From: an uncultured bacterium
GTDB taxonomy: Bacteria > Babelota > Babeliae > Babelales > Vermiphilaceae
Reading direction: 5' to 3'
Assembly (NCBI GenBank): GCA_963727255.1
Contig: CAVSFC010000002.1
Coordinates: 288,001 to 352,000 of the forward strand
DNA length: 64,000 nt
The notes beneath the pieces were generated by a model. That model saw only the letters and a list, made by a program, of their open reading frames with translations. It ran no database searches and had not been told where the DNA came from. Numbering within the stretch: position 1 is the first letter of the stretch; the number at the start of each line of letters is the position of its first letter. Positions 54,538 through 64,000 of the stretch are shown here, in pieces. Position numbers and translations under genes: made by a program.

Positions 54538-55651
54538 AGATTCCTTTAAAAGGGTCGAATATTTCGGTTTGCGTATATTTCTGAAAAAGATCTAGAATAT
54601 CATGAGCGGTAGATGCATTTTTTTTAATTTGCACTAGTTCTTTTTCTTTTTTTAAATCTTCTTCGGTCAAATTTGCAGCTCTATACGCAAGCTCATATGC
54701 GGTTGGGCCAAATTGAGGCGCCAGAGAATATTTGGGATCTCCTCCATGCTCGAGTAGAGGAGGAATCATGCCGGAATCCCCTTGCTGAATCGATACAATA
54801 GTAGCGAAGGCAATTATAGTTTGATAGGGATATGCCATATTCGCTATACCTGCATTCGGCTTGGCCCCTTTTGCTAATAATTTTTTTATTATTTCTATTG
54901 TTGCGATTTTATTTGATAGATCGAATCTGGAAACTGCCCTGAAAAGGGGAGTTTTTGCATCTTCATCCTTCTCATCATTTGCTATAGAATTTGCAAACTC
55001 CTCAACTTTTTCAACGTCGCAAGCAAGAACAGCCTGCCGCAATGAGGTAATTTTGCTTTTAAAGAATTTAAGTACCTCATTTGCTTGGGGGTATATTTTG
55101 GGGTAGTTCGAAAAGTGTGAAACTGTATCGAAGAGGCTTGGTTTATTTACTGATGCAATAAAAGGATCTGCGCCCTGAGAAATAAAAAAATCAAGTGCAC
55201 GGAAATTGTGTGTTTTGCTTTTTGCTGAAAGTAATGCAGCATACTCAAAAGCAGTCATTGCTTGGCCTGGTTCGGTTATATAAAGATAAGCTCCATTATC
55301 TAAAAGAAAGTTGAGCGTTTTTTCTATTGGGGCATTTGTATCTTTAAAACTTCTTCGCAATGTAGCGAATATGATTGGCTCTGCTTTACTGTTTATTTGA
55401 TTAATATTTGCTCTATTAACCAGCTTTTTTAATTTTTCGATATTGCAAGCAAACGCTGCCCGGGAGGCCTCTTTGAAGCGCAAATCTTCCAAATGATTTG
55501 ACATATAATAAGTGTTTTGAAGATCTTCCTCGAATTCTTTAAAATTGCCGGTACTGGTAGTTCTTGACAAGCGTATAATATAATTAGGTTTTTCCATTGA
55601 AGTTATATCTGAAAAATAGAGTAAAATTAGGGGAATAAAAACAAAGATCAT
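54518..55651 (-). CDS. Secreted ankyrin-repeat protein
   Basis: Start re-called at MIFVFIPLILLYFSDITS|MEK; KTPLFRAV, LLAKGAKPN, LLEHGGDP. Confidence 0.8.
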   Translation of the reverse strand: MIFVFIPLILLYFSDITSMEKPNYIIRLSRTTSTGNFKEFEEDLQNTYYMSNHLEDLRFKEASRAAFACNIEKLKKLVNRANINQINSKAEPIIFATLRRSFKDTNAPIEKTLNFLLDNGAYLYITEPGQAMTAFEYAALLSAKSKTHNFRALDFFISQGADPFIASVNKPSLFDTVSHFSNYPKIYPQANEVLKFFKSKITSLRQAVLACDVEKVEEFANSIANDEKDEDAKTPLFRAVSRFDLSNKIATIEIIKKLLAKGAKPNAGIANMAYPYQTIIAFATIVSIQQGDSGMIPPLLEHGGDPKYSLAPQFGPTAYELAYRAANLTEEDLKKEKELVQIKKNASTAHDILDLFQKYTQTEIFDPFKGIYEDHSI

Positions 55652-55734
55652 TAAAAACCCTCTAAAAATGAATTCTAAATATAGTAGACTAATCAATGAT
55701 TAAAAAATTGTTGAGTATAATCAAGAGGTTTTCA

Positions 55735-58547
55735 ATGAATAATTGTATACTAAGAATAGCAAAAAATCAGCTAGTAATTATTTTTGGGTTAACATGCTTT
55801 AGCTTGACTGCATTTACCGATATGAAAATTGAATCACCATCGCAAGATTTAATTATAAATAATCAGGAATATATGAATAGTATCCCCGAACAAAACCATC
55901 AGCCACATGTATATAAAAGAGTGCTTGAAAATGGAATGACTATATTGGTCCGCGTAGTCCACACATTGCCCAAAGTTTCACTGCAAATTTGGTATAATGT
56001 TGGATCGAAAGATGAAAAAACGAATGAAAAAGGAATTGCGCATCTGATTGAACATATGATCTTTAAGGGAACTAAGCTCCTCTCCGAATCCGATATTAAT
56101 GTGATTACGCATATGCTTTCAGGATCTACCAATGCATTTACTTCATATGATTATACCGGGCTATTTATTTAATATGCCGGTGCAAAATTGGCATCAAACA
56201 TTAGGCCATATTAGCTGATTGCATGCAGAATGTTACCTTTAAGGATGATCATTTAATTCTGAAATGAAAGCGGTAATTCAAGAATTAAAAATGTATCGCG
56301 ATAATTATCCGCGACAGCTTAATTATGGAGTTGATGGCAGCATTATTCCCTGATCATCCATACCATTATCCGGTAATTGGGTTTAAGCAAGATCTGTTTG
56401 ATGTGCATGCAGATCGATTGCGCGCATTTTATAAAAAACATTATTGGCCAAATAATGCAACATTGGTAATTGTTGGAGATGTTGATCCTGAAGATGCATT
56501 TGCTCAGGCAAAAAAATATTTTGAAAAAATTCCTGCAAATAAAAATTATAAAAAAGAACAATTTTATTTTAATAAAGATATTGTTTCTCATTCGGTAACT
56601 CTCTATCGTGATGTACAAGCAGCCGTTTGCCGTGATTGGATATATGATTCCGGGAGCACAAACAAAGAATGAACATTTGCTTGATGTAGTTGCACTGATC
56701 CTGGGAGCGGAAAAGGATCGCGGTTATACCGAAAATTGGTTGATGAATTGCAGATGGTGACTGATTTGGGCGCTTATCCGTGGCTTCTTCTTTGAGCATG
56801 GGATTTTCTTTATTATGTTTGAGCCAAAAAATGTTGCAGATATTCCGCAAATTCAGGAAATAATTCAAAAAGAGATCGATGAAATTATAAAAAATGGGCT
56901 TACCGATCAAGAATATACTCGTGCGCTTAAGCAAGCATTGCATGCAATTATTATAATTTGCTTGAAAGCATAGAAGCTCAAGCGCGTGAAATTGGAAAAG
57001 CCTATTTGGCAACCGGCGATGAAAATTTTGCATTTCATTTCTTAGATAAACCAAAAAAAGAAGTAGAAACAGAGATAAAAAAACTCTTGGCAAATTATTT
57101 TAAACCATCATTGATGAATATCGGTATTATTGTTGCCACTTTCTGAAGAAGATAAAAAAGAATGGGCAGCGATGCAAAAAAAATCTGATGAATATGATGC
57201 TAAATTTCTTGGCAGCACGGCCACGCACAACGCCGATTGAACCGCCATCATATGCAAAAAAAATTAAAGGTAAAAGAGGCGACTCATTTTGATTTTCCAA
57301 AATATAAAACCATGATGCTCAATAATGGAATCAAGGTGCTTTACTATGATAATCCCAATACGCCAAAAATAGATTTAATTTTAGAATTTAAGGCACGAAA
57401 TTATTATGATAGCGAAGCGTTGCCGGGCATTTATAATTTTGTTTCAACAATGTTGCTAGAAGGAACAAAAAAATATACTGCCACGCAATTGGTTGATGAA
57501 CTTGAGATGCGCGGCATGTAATGTAAGTGTTTCTCCGGGCGTTATCGTTATGAGTATGCTTGCGGCTGATTTTGAGAAAGGGCTTGAGCTTCTTAGAAGA
57601 GATTATTGCACAATCCACGATTTGATGAGAAAGAAATTGAAAAAGTTCGCGAGCAACTTCTTGCGGAAATAAAACATTTTTGGGATGATCCGCAGCAGCT
57701 TTTCAAATCAATTGGTAGAAGAATATATCTATAAAGGTCATCCGTATTGCCAAAAATATTTTAGGCACGGAAGAGTCTATTAAAAAAATAACAAAAAAAG
57801 ATCTGATAGAGTTTCATAAGAAATATTTTAGCCCGCGATGGAGCGCGCTTGGCAATTGTTGGTGATATTGGTTCTTATGATTTAAAAAATATTTTAGAAA
57901 AGACTATTGGATCCATTGAAAGGGCCAGAAGGTTGAAGCGATTGAATTTCCCTGAATTGCAGCCAGTAAAGCCATGTGAAAAGATTCATCCGATTAATCG
58001 TGATCAAGCGGTGTTATGTTTTGCAGGGCTTTCTGTTGAACGTAAAAATCCTGATTTTGATAAATTTTTTATTTGATCAGATCTTTGGCGGCGGAGCACT
58101 TGGTTCATTGCATTCGAAGTTATATCAATTGCGTGAGCAATCAGGCTTATTTTATACTATAAGCGGATCATTGATTTCAGGTGCAAATGAACAGCCGGGC
58201 ATGGTGATTGTGAAAACAATTGTCTCGCTTGATCGTCTTGCATGAAGCAGAAAAAGCTATAAAAGATGTTATTGATAAAGCGGTTAATGAAATTATCTGA
58301 TGAAGAATTTTTAGAAGCAAAACATGCGATTATAAATTCAATTGTGAATAATTTTGCAACCAATCAGGCATGGCTCAGGTTTTCTTAAGTCTTGATCGAT
58401 ATGGATTTCCACCTGATTATTATGATACTCGAGCAGAAAAAATTTCTGGCTATTACACTTGATCAAATGAAAGAGGCAGTTAAAAAAGTGTTGCGCAATG
58501 AATCGATGTTTACGCTTAAAGTGGGCAGATTGGAAGAGAAGAAATAG
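55735..58547 (+). CDS. Second M16 peptidase with a signal peptide, many frameshifts
   Basis: GIAHLIEHMIFKG; fragments colinear with 50313-52946 through LREQSGLFY. Confidence 0.85.
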
Positions 58548-58563
58548 ACGAAATAGTCTATAA

Positions 58564-59466
58564 TCATTGTTTAATGGGGCCGAGATTGACAAAATAACTG
58601 CTGCTCTTTTTGTAGGAGATAAAGTCCGAATTGTTTTCCAATCCCATTTTTTCAAGTGCGCGGCGGAATACCAGAAACAAAAAGTTCTTTAATAGATACA
58701 AGAAATTAAGAACGGTTGCTTTATGATCGCAGTAATATTTTCGCATATAGATGCAATTCAAAGCGATCAAAAAAATTGCTCCACCACATAGTATTGTTTC
58801 ACAAAATAGTTAGGATGGCGCGAATAGCGCCAAAGGCCTGAGGTCAATAATTTTTCCCTGTATTAAGAGGATATTTAAGAAATGAATAGAGTTGCCAATC
58901 GGCAATCGATTCAAATAAAAACCCGATTCCCCAAAGCAAGAGGCCGAGCAAATCAAGACTATTAAGCCGTGGCTGGGCATCCGAGGCATTAATCATGAAC
59001 GAGTGGGATAGGCGATAATCAAACATCGGCAACAGGTTTGCGCGAGAAAAATATAGAAAATAGCTATAAACCAAATACTTATATTTCTTTAAGGCCACAT
59101 AGTTTGAGTGCATGCAGGGCTAAGATTCCACTGTTGTAACCATAGCGAGGATAGCTTCCGTTTTAGCACAATTTTTCGATGATATCTTTGATTATTTGTT
59201 CGTTGAAAGCCGCAATCCCCAGAAGATAACCAAGACATGTTCCCAGTGGCTTTCGAGGATGATATCCGAGGCTTGTAACAAAAAGTAGTGATCCAAGATT
59301 TTACCAATGAGATAATACAAAACGCCAAGGCCCCCGCAAATCAAGGATATCCCATTTACAATGCTTGTATCATTATTACTAAATATGATTCGACAATAAA
59401 ATTGCGCTTATCATTGTAGATTACCATACACAAAGAGCAGATATTGCTATTGAAACTCAAAAGCAT
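58564..59466 (-). CDS. DUF1295 / steroid 5-alpha-reductase-like membrane protein, heavily frameshifted
   Basis: AAGGAG RBS; GFLFESIADWQL; GLWRYSRHPNYF read across frames. Confidence 0.65.
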
Positions 59467-59506
59467 ATTGATTCTCCTTTAATAATTGTTAACATACTAC
59501 GATAAA

Positions 59507-60325
59507 ATGCAGCCACCTTCAATCAACGATTTTAAAAAAATCATTTGGAACTATTATACAACGCAAGGCCGCCTGTTTGATTGGCGTCATGTTGATGATC
59601 CATATAAGGTATTCATCTCAGAAGTAATGCTTCAGCAAACACAAACGGTTCGTGTTGCGCAAAAATATCCCCTTTTTATTGAAGCGTTTCCTGATTTTAA
59701 AATACTTGCAGATGCTCCATTAAAAGAGGTGCTCCTGCAATGGCAAGGACTCGGTTATAATCGGCGTGGCATGTATTTGCAACGCGCTGCGCAAACCATT
59801 ATTCAAGAGCATGCTGGTATTCTTCCCAATGATCCGGAAGTTTTGATAAAACTGCCCGGGATTGGAAAAGCGACCGCTGCATCAATTTGCGCATTTGCTT
59901 TTAACTCGCCGACCATTTTTATTGAAACCAATATTCGGGCTGTTTTTATTCATTTCTTTTTTGCAAATAAAGATTCAGTTCATGATCAGGAAATTATGCC
60001 ACTGCTGGAAGAGAGTTTGGATAAGGAGCATTCAAGAGATTGGTATTATGCTTTGATGGATTATGGGGTAATGTTAAAAAAGACTCTGGTGAATCCAAGT
60101 AGAAAAAGCAAACATCACGCTAAGCAATCTAAATTCGAAGGGTCTGATAGGCAAATTAGGGGCATGATTCTGAGAATTTTAACTCAGCAACAGGCCCCAA
60201 TTTTATCGGAAGTTCTTATTGCGCTCACCAAAAAAGATTCCGTGCGTGTTTCAAAAATTATAGATCAGATGGTTAAAGATAAGCTAGTTTTAGTTACTGG
60301 CCCTCTAATAGAGCTAGGTATTTGA
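59507..60325 (+). CDS. mutY: A/G-specific adenine glycosylase (short MutY-like, no Fe-S cluster motif)
   Basis: PYKVFISEVMLQQT, WQGLGYNRR, LPGIG..TA, ETNIR, ALMDYG. Confidence 0.85.
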   Translation: MQPPSINDFKKIIWNYYTTQGRLFDWRHVDDPYKVFISEVMLQQTQTVRVAQKYPLFIEAFPDFKILADAPLKEVLLQWQGLGYNRRGMYLQRAAQTIIQEHAGILPNDPEVLIKLPGIGKATAASICAFAFNSPTIFIETNIRAVFIHFFFANKDSVHDQEIMPLLEESLDKEHSRDWYYALMDYGVMLKKTLVNPSRKSKHHAKQSKFEGSDRQIRGMILRILTQQQAPILSEVLIALTKKDSVRVSKIIDQMVKDKLVLVTGPLIELGI

Positions 60326-60830
60326 CCAAGGCAGCGCTTTCAGCGGCTCTGTGTTCTTCGAGGCTGCAAAATTTTGCAGCGCATCCAGGATAATCGTAGA
60401 CTGCATCTTTCATCACGAGTCGTTCTTCATTTTTAGTGATTTCTATTCTCTCTATTTCTGCAATTTCTAATTCCATCGAGTGGGCAAGTTCCATAAGTTT
60501 TTCTTCTAAAAGTTGGTTAATTTTGAATTCTGTTTGTGGATTATTAGTTTTTAGTAGAGGTAAAGCATCGATGAATACCTGCTTTACACTTTCCAATTCC
60601 AATCTATCCCAGCTTCTTCGTTCTGGGGATCTTGATTTTGGACTTGCTTCCGCGCTGCTCGGTAAAGTACTGCTGCCGCTACTGTGCGCGCTTAGACTTG
60701 TCGATTCTCGCTCTTCAAATGCGATTTTCTTAATCGTAATACGTTCGCTAACTTGTGGTACTACCATTGCAAAAAAAACTGAATTAACCGTTAACAATAA
60801 AAATAAAAAAATAGAATGAGTAAGATTCAT
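60294..60830 (-). CDS. Secreted hypothetical protein with a Ser-rich region
   Basis: AAGGA RBS; VFFA|MVV. Confidence 0.65.
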   Translation of the reverse strand: MNLTHSIFLFLLLTVNSVFFAMVVPQVSERITIKKIAFEERESTSLSAHSSGSSTLPSSAEASPKSRSPERRSWDRLELESVKQVFIDALPLLKTNNPQTEFKINQLLEEKLMELAHSMELEIAEIERIEITKNEERLVMKDAVYDYPGCAAKFCSLEEHRAAESAALVKYLALLEGQ

Positions 60831-60902
60831 AAGGTGTCCTTGAAAAAAATTGAAATTCCTTAGTAAATTAAGGCTTTCTTACCTGGTTGTCAAATGAAAG
60901 GA

Positions 60903-61541
60903 TCAAAATTTATGGGGAAATTGCTGAGTAATTGCCCGGTCTAATTCATCTGCGCTCGCCCGCGAAAGATCAAGATTGTTCTCAAAAAGAGCCAAAGATT
61001 GCCCCCAATTTTTATTATGCCATTCTTGCATACTTTGAATAAATGCTGATCCGGTTTTGGTAATCATTGAATCTGCAAAATCTGGAGCATTACTCCAATT
61101 AGGATTCAATTCTTGGAGATATTCAGCAAGAGAAGATGCTATTTTTGCTAGATCATTTTTAGCGTCATCTTGGAATTTTACCGCTGCCATTGCTTTATTC
61201 AAAATCGGTTTTTGTTTATCGAGTATTTCTGACACTTTCTGGCCCGCTGTGGTGCCGTAATAAGCCTTAATGATTGCTCCGATCTCTTGGTTGTTCTTTG
61301 ATAATTTTTCTGCTGCTGCATCTTTATCAGCAATAAAAAAAAATGTTGATTTTAAATATTCATGGGTCCAAATTACATTGTTGCACAATAATTTGCGAAG
61401 CGTATGATTGAGTGTGCTTATTTTTTCTACTCGTTTGCCGATGCTTATCGAACAGAACTTTGAAGAAAACAAATAGCCGCAGGCAAAACCGAGCGCTAGT
61501 GCGATTAAACTGGAAAAAAATATCTTTGCATAATGAGTCAT
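60903..61541 (-). CDS. Membrane-anchored helical hypothetical protein
   Basis: N-terminal TM; helical domain ending QQFPHKF. Confidence 0.7.
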   Translation of the reverse strand: MTHYAKIFFSSLIALALGFACGYLFSSKFCSISIGKRVEKISTLNHTLRKLLCNNVIWTHEYLKSTFFFIADKDAAAEKLSKNNQEIGAIIKAYYGTTAGQKVSEILDKQKPILNKAMAAVKFQDDAKNDLAKIASSLAEYLQELNPNWSNAPDFADSMITKTGSAFIQSMQEWHNKNWGQSLALFENNLDLSRASADELDRAITQQFPHKF

Positions 61542-61554
61542 AATAATTTTCGCC

Positions 61555-62259
61555 TTAGTGTAATTGTCTCAATAAAATTTCCAATTTCATTAATAATGGC
61601 TCTGTTGAAGAAAGAAAATCAATATAATTTTGAATGATTAACGTTGCCCCGAGGACTCTTTTGCTTTTTTCCATATCAGTAATGTCCAAATTTTTATTAA
61701 GTGCCAAAAAATGGCCAAGTTTTGTACGCTCATCGGTATTAGCGGGGGGGGGATTAATTACTAGCCCATAGCGTCTCATTTCAGCTTTATATGCCCAAAA
61801 AATTTTAGATGCTAATTCACGGGGATCATTGTTTTTTTTAAAATTTTCTTGTGCTTGCGCAAGATTATGGTCTTTGCATATTTTTTCAAATATAACTTGT
61901 GAACAGTATTCTTTTGATGAGTTATCGAGAGCAAATAAATTCGGTATGACGTAATTATTGCCGTATTTGAGATCGGTTGCGAGGGCTTTAAAAGCGCGCA
62001 ACGCATTATTTGCTTCGGGCGCTGCAGAAATACGGTTTATTTCTTCTGCAATTACCAGAGATTGTGCAAAAAGATCATGTACATGGGTATATTTTTCAAA
62101 CAATTCTCTTTTGATAAGGAAATCGCGGAATAAGCCTTGTTCTACAATTGGATTGTGATTTGTTAATTCACTAATCCACACATCAAGATCGTTTTTTTCG
62201 CTTTCCATGCCATTGAGCATTTGGATGCATATGAGAGATGCAAGAATAAATATGCGCAT
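61555..62259 (-). CDS. Secreted hypothetical protein (putative effector)
   Basis: GAGG RBS; MLNG|MES. Confidence 0.7.
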   Translation of the reverse strand: MRIFILASLICIQMLNGMESEKNDLDVWISELTNHNPIVEQGLFRDFLIKRELFEKYTHVHDLFAQSLVIAEEINRISAAPEANNALRAFKALATDLKYGNNYVIPNLFALDNSSKEYCSQVIFEKICKDHNLAQAQENFKKNNDPRELASKIFWAYKAEMRRYGLVINPPPANTDERTKLGHFLALNKNLDITDMEKSKRVLGATLIIQNYIDFLSSTEPLLMKLEILLRQLH

Positions 62260-62347
62260 TGCTTCCTCTTTTTGGCAATCATAATACCCTTAAAGTAGTG
62301 TTTTTTGCCTTTGAGGTCAAATGCACAGAGCTCTTTTGATAGATTCT

Positions 62348-63808
62348 TTAAAATGTATTGAGAAACTCAACTGCCAAATTGTTATAGTTTTTTAGTACTG
62401 TTGGATTCATTCGCTTTAGATAAAAGCCCATTGCAGCTAGCCTTGCATTGGATGTAATTATTTTCCTATTTTTAAACACAAAATGCCAATAGAGTGCATC
62501 CCAGATCTGGCACCAAGGCCCATTTGTATAGGTGCTCATTTTTCTAATATAATGTGATCCGGAAAAATATGGCTTAGTAATCATCAGTCCTCCATCTGCA
62601 TATTGGCTCATGCCATAAACATTGGGCACCATAACCCAATCATAGGCATCAATGAAAAGTTCCATAAACCAGCGATATGCTTGATTCGGATCTATATGGG
62701 CCAAGAGCATGAAATTGCCCAGAATCATTAATCGCTCGATGTGATGCGCATAAGCGGTATGCGTAATTTTTTTTATAGTAGTATCAACCGGATCGATGCC
62801 CGTGGTTCCGGTCCAAAAAGAGGAAGGCAATGTGCGGCTATGGCCAAAAAAATTACTTTCGCGCTGATATTCCCCTTTAACCAAATAAATACCCCGTACA
62901 AATTCTCGCCAGCCAATAATTTGCCTAATAAATCCTTCTAAAGAATTGAGTGGTGTTCGATGCTCTTTGGTGAATTCAAGCGTCGTTTGAATAACATATG
63001 CTGGAGTTAAGAGGCCGATATTCAATGAGGATGAAAGCAAAGAGTGAAATAAGAAGTGCTTTTGCGGATCTATTGCATCTTGATATGGCCCAAAATACGC
63101 AAGCCGGTGTTCCAAAAAATCATGCAGTGCTTTCTTTGCTTGAGCATGATTAGTTGCCCATATAAAATCGTCGGCCAAGCCGGGATTATGAGAAAAATGG
63201 TTGGTTATATAGTTGTGCGCCTCTTTCAAATTAGAGTCTTTTTTTGCATGAAAGATTTCTGGAGTTTGTATATTTTTAGAAAGCTTCTGCCGATTTTCAG
63301 CATCAAAGCTCCAACGCCCTCCAACTGGCTTTGGCCCATGCATCAAGATATTTAAGCGCTTGCGTTGCGCGATATAAAAGCTATTCATGAGATAATGGTC
63401 TTGATCTGGCAATATATGCGCAAGCCATTGCCGATCGGCCAGAAAGCCTGGGCTTTCATGGATGCGCAAGCGGATGTCATGGATTTCGCACATTTTATTT
63501 AACCCTTGTTCAAGGCGATGATCGTCAAGAGTAGTGCATTCCAAGAGAGAAACTTCATTTTTTTTTAGCAGTAATTCAAATTCAGATTTATCAGAAAATT
63601 CAAGATAAAAAACTCGATGTCCCTTTTCTTCCAAAAATTTCTGATAGCCCTTCATGCTTGCCCGATGCAATATAAGTTTTTGTTTATGAAAGTGAAATTC
63701 AGTAAAAAAACGAGGATGCTCGATGAGGAACACCATACTTTTATGAGTCAAAGCCGGGTGATGCTCAAATAGTTGGTTTGGAAAGATGAGTACTGCGGTA
63801 TGCTTCAT
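62348..63808 (-). CDS. Bacterial cryptochrome/(6-4) photolyase-related protein (FeS-BCP clade)
   Basis: LIFPNQLF, HKQKLILHRASM, WSFDAENR, EGFIRQIIGWRE, YAHHIERLM, WVMVPNVYGM, TKPY. Confidence 0.9.
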   Translation of the reverse strand: MKHTAVLIFPNQLFEHHPALTHKSMVFLIEHPRFFTEFHFHKQKLILHRASMKGYQKFLEEKGHRVFYLEFSDKSEFELLLKKNEVSLLECTTLDDHRLEQGLNKMCEIHDIRLRIHESPGFLADRQWLAHILPDQDHYLMNSFYIAQRKRLNILMHGPKPVGGRWSFDAENRQKLSKNIQTPEIFHAKKDSNLKEAHNYITNHFSHNPGLADDFIWATNHAQAKKALHDFLEHRLAYFGPYQDAIDPQKHFLFHSLLSSSLNIGLLTPAYVIQTTLEFTKEHRTPLNSLEGFIRQIIGWREFVRGIYLVKGEYQRESNFFGHSRTLPSSFWTGTTGIDPVDTTIKKITHTAYAHHIERLMILGNFMLLAHIDPNQAYRWFMELFIDAYDWVMVPNVYGMSQYADGGLMITKPYFSGSHYIRKMSTYTNGPWCQIWDALYWHFVFKNRKIITSNARLAAMGFYLKRMNPTVLKNYNNLAVEFLNTF

Positions 63809-64000
63809 ACATTCTTAAACAGTAATTTGGCTTTTGAGCTTTCTTTTGCATGATCAACAATTGGGCGAGGATAGTTTTTTATTGATCCATTTTTCGAATT
63901 GTTCCACGTGTGAATAGTTTTGGCATCGACATTTTTCAATTCAGGAATCCATTGTTTAATATATTTGCATTCTTTATCAAATTTGATTTGCTGAAGCCAC
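63805..64000 (-). CDS. phr: 3' end of a CPD deoxyribodipyrimidine photolyase (partial)
   Basis: Manual translation WLQQIKFDKECKYIKQWIPEL...YPRPIVDHAKES...*; stop overlaps the next start (ATGA). Confidence 0.85.
   Translation of the reverse strand, partial: WLQQIKFDKECKYIKQWIPELKNVDAKTIHTWNNSKNGSIKNYPRPIVDHAKESSKAKLLFKNV

Noticed and set aside
760..63355. Numerous short antisense or alternate-frame ORFs in the track (for example 760-1026, 2393-2991, 10612-10905, 45449-45907, 60436-60819)
   Set aside because: Shadows of longer, motif-supported genes.
1..64000. tRNA, rRNA, tmRNA, transposase, integrase or prophage genes
   Set aside because: No diagnostic motifs recognised by eye; a covariance-model scan is needed to exclude them formally.

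Overview
AT-rich bacterial chromosome segment. Gene content points by inference to an intracellular protist parasite of the Candidatus Dependentiae/Babeliae (TM6) type. Housekeeping genes (uvrC, clpB, tpiA, secG, dcd, eno, aspS, nfo, infB, nusA, udg, comEC, mutY, two photolyases) are interleaved with many Sec-signal proteins carrying eukaryote-like domains (ankyrin, Skp1-like+LRR, WD40+RING, ankyrin+F-box-like). There is a partial type II secretion locus with two secretins. Many essential genes are broken by single-base frameshifts, most likely unpolished long-read errors. Main observations: (1) 13 signal-peptide proteins have Met exactly at the predicted mature N-terminus (9 of them Met-Glu); this covers most eukaryote-like-domain proteins but not the envelope-type ones, and may be an effector tag or host N-terminus mimic. 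(2) A ~2 kb cassette bounded by perfect 35-bp direct repeats encodes a secreted protein with a ubiquitin-like 'HVRGLGG' junction, a glycine-rich hydrophobic tail, and a downstream small 2-TM gene (toxin/immunity-like). (3) A replication origin at ~43.2-43.5 kb has nine DnaA boxes (eight are the variant TTATCCACC), DnaA-trios and an apparent GC-skew flip, with no dnaA in the window. (4) A family of structured intergenic palindromic repeats. No tRNA, rRNA, CRISPR array or transposase was recognised.
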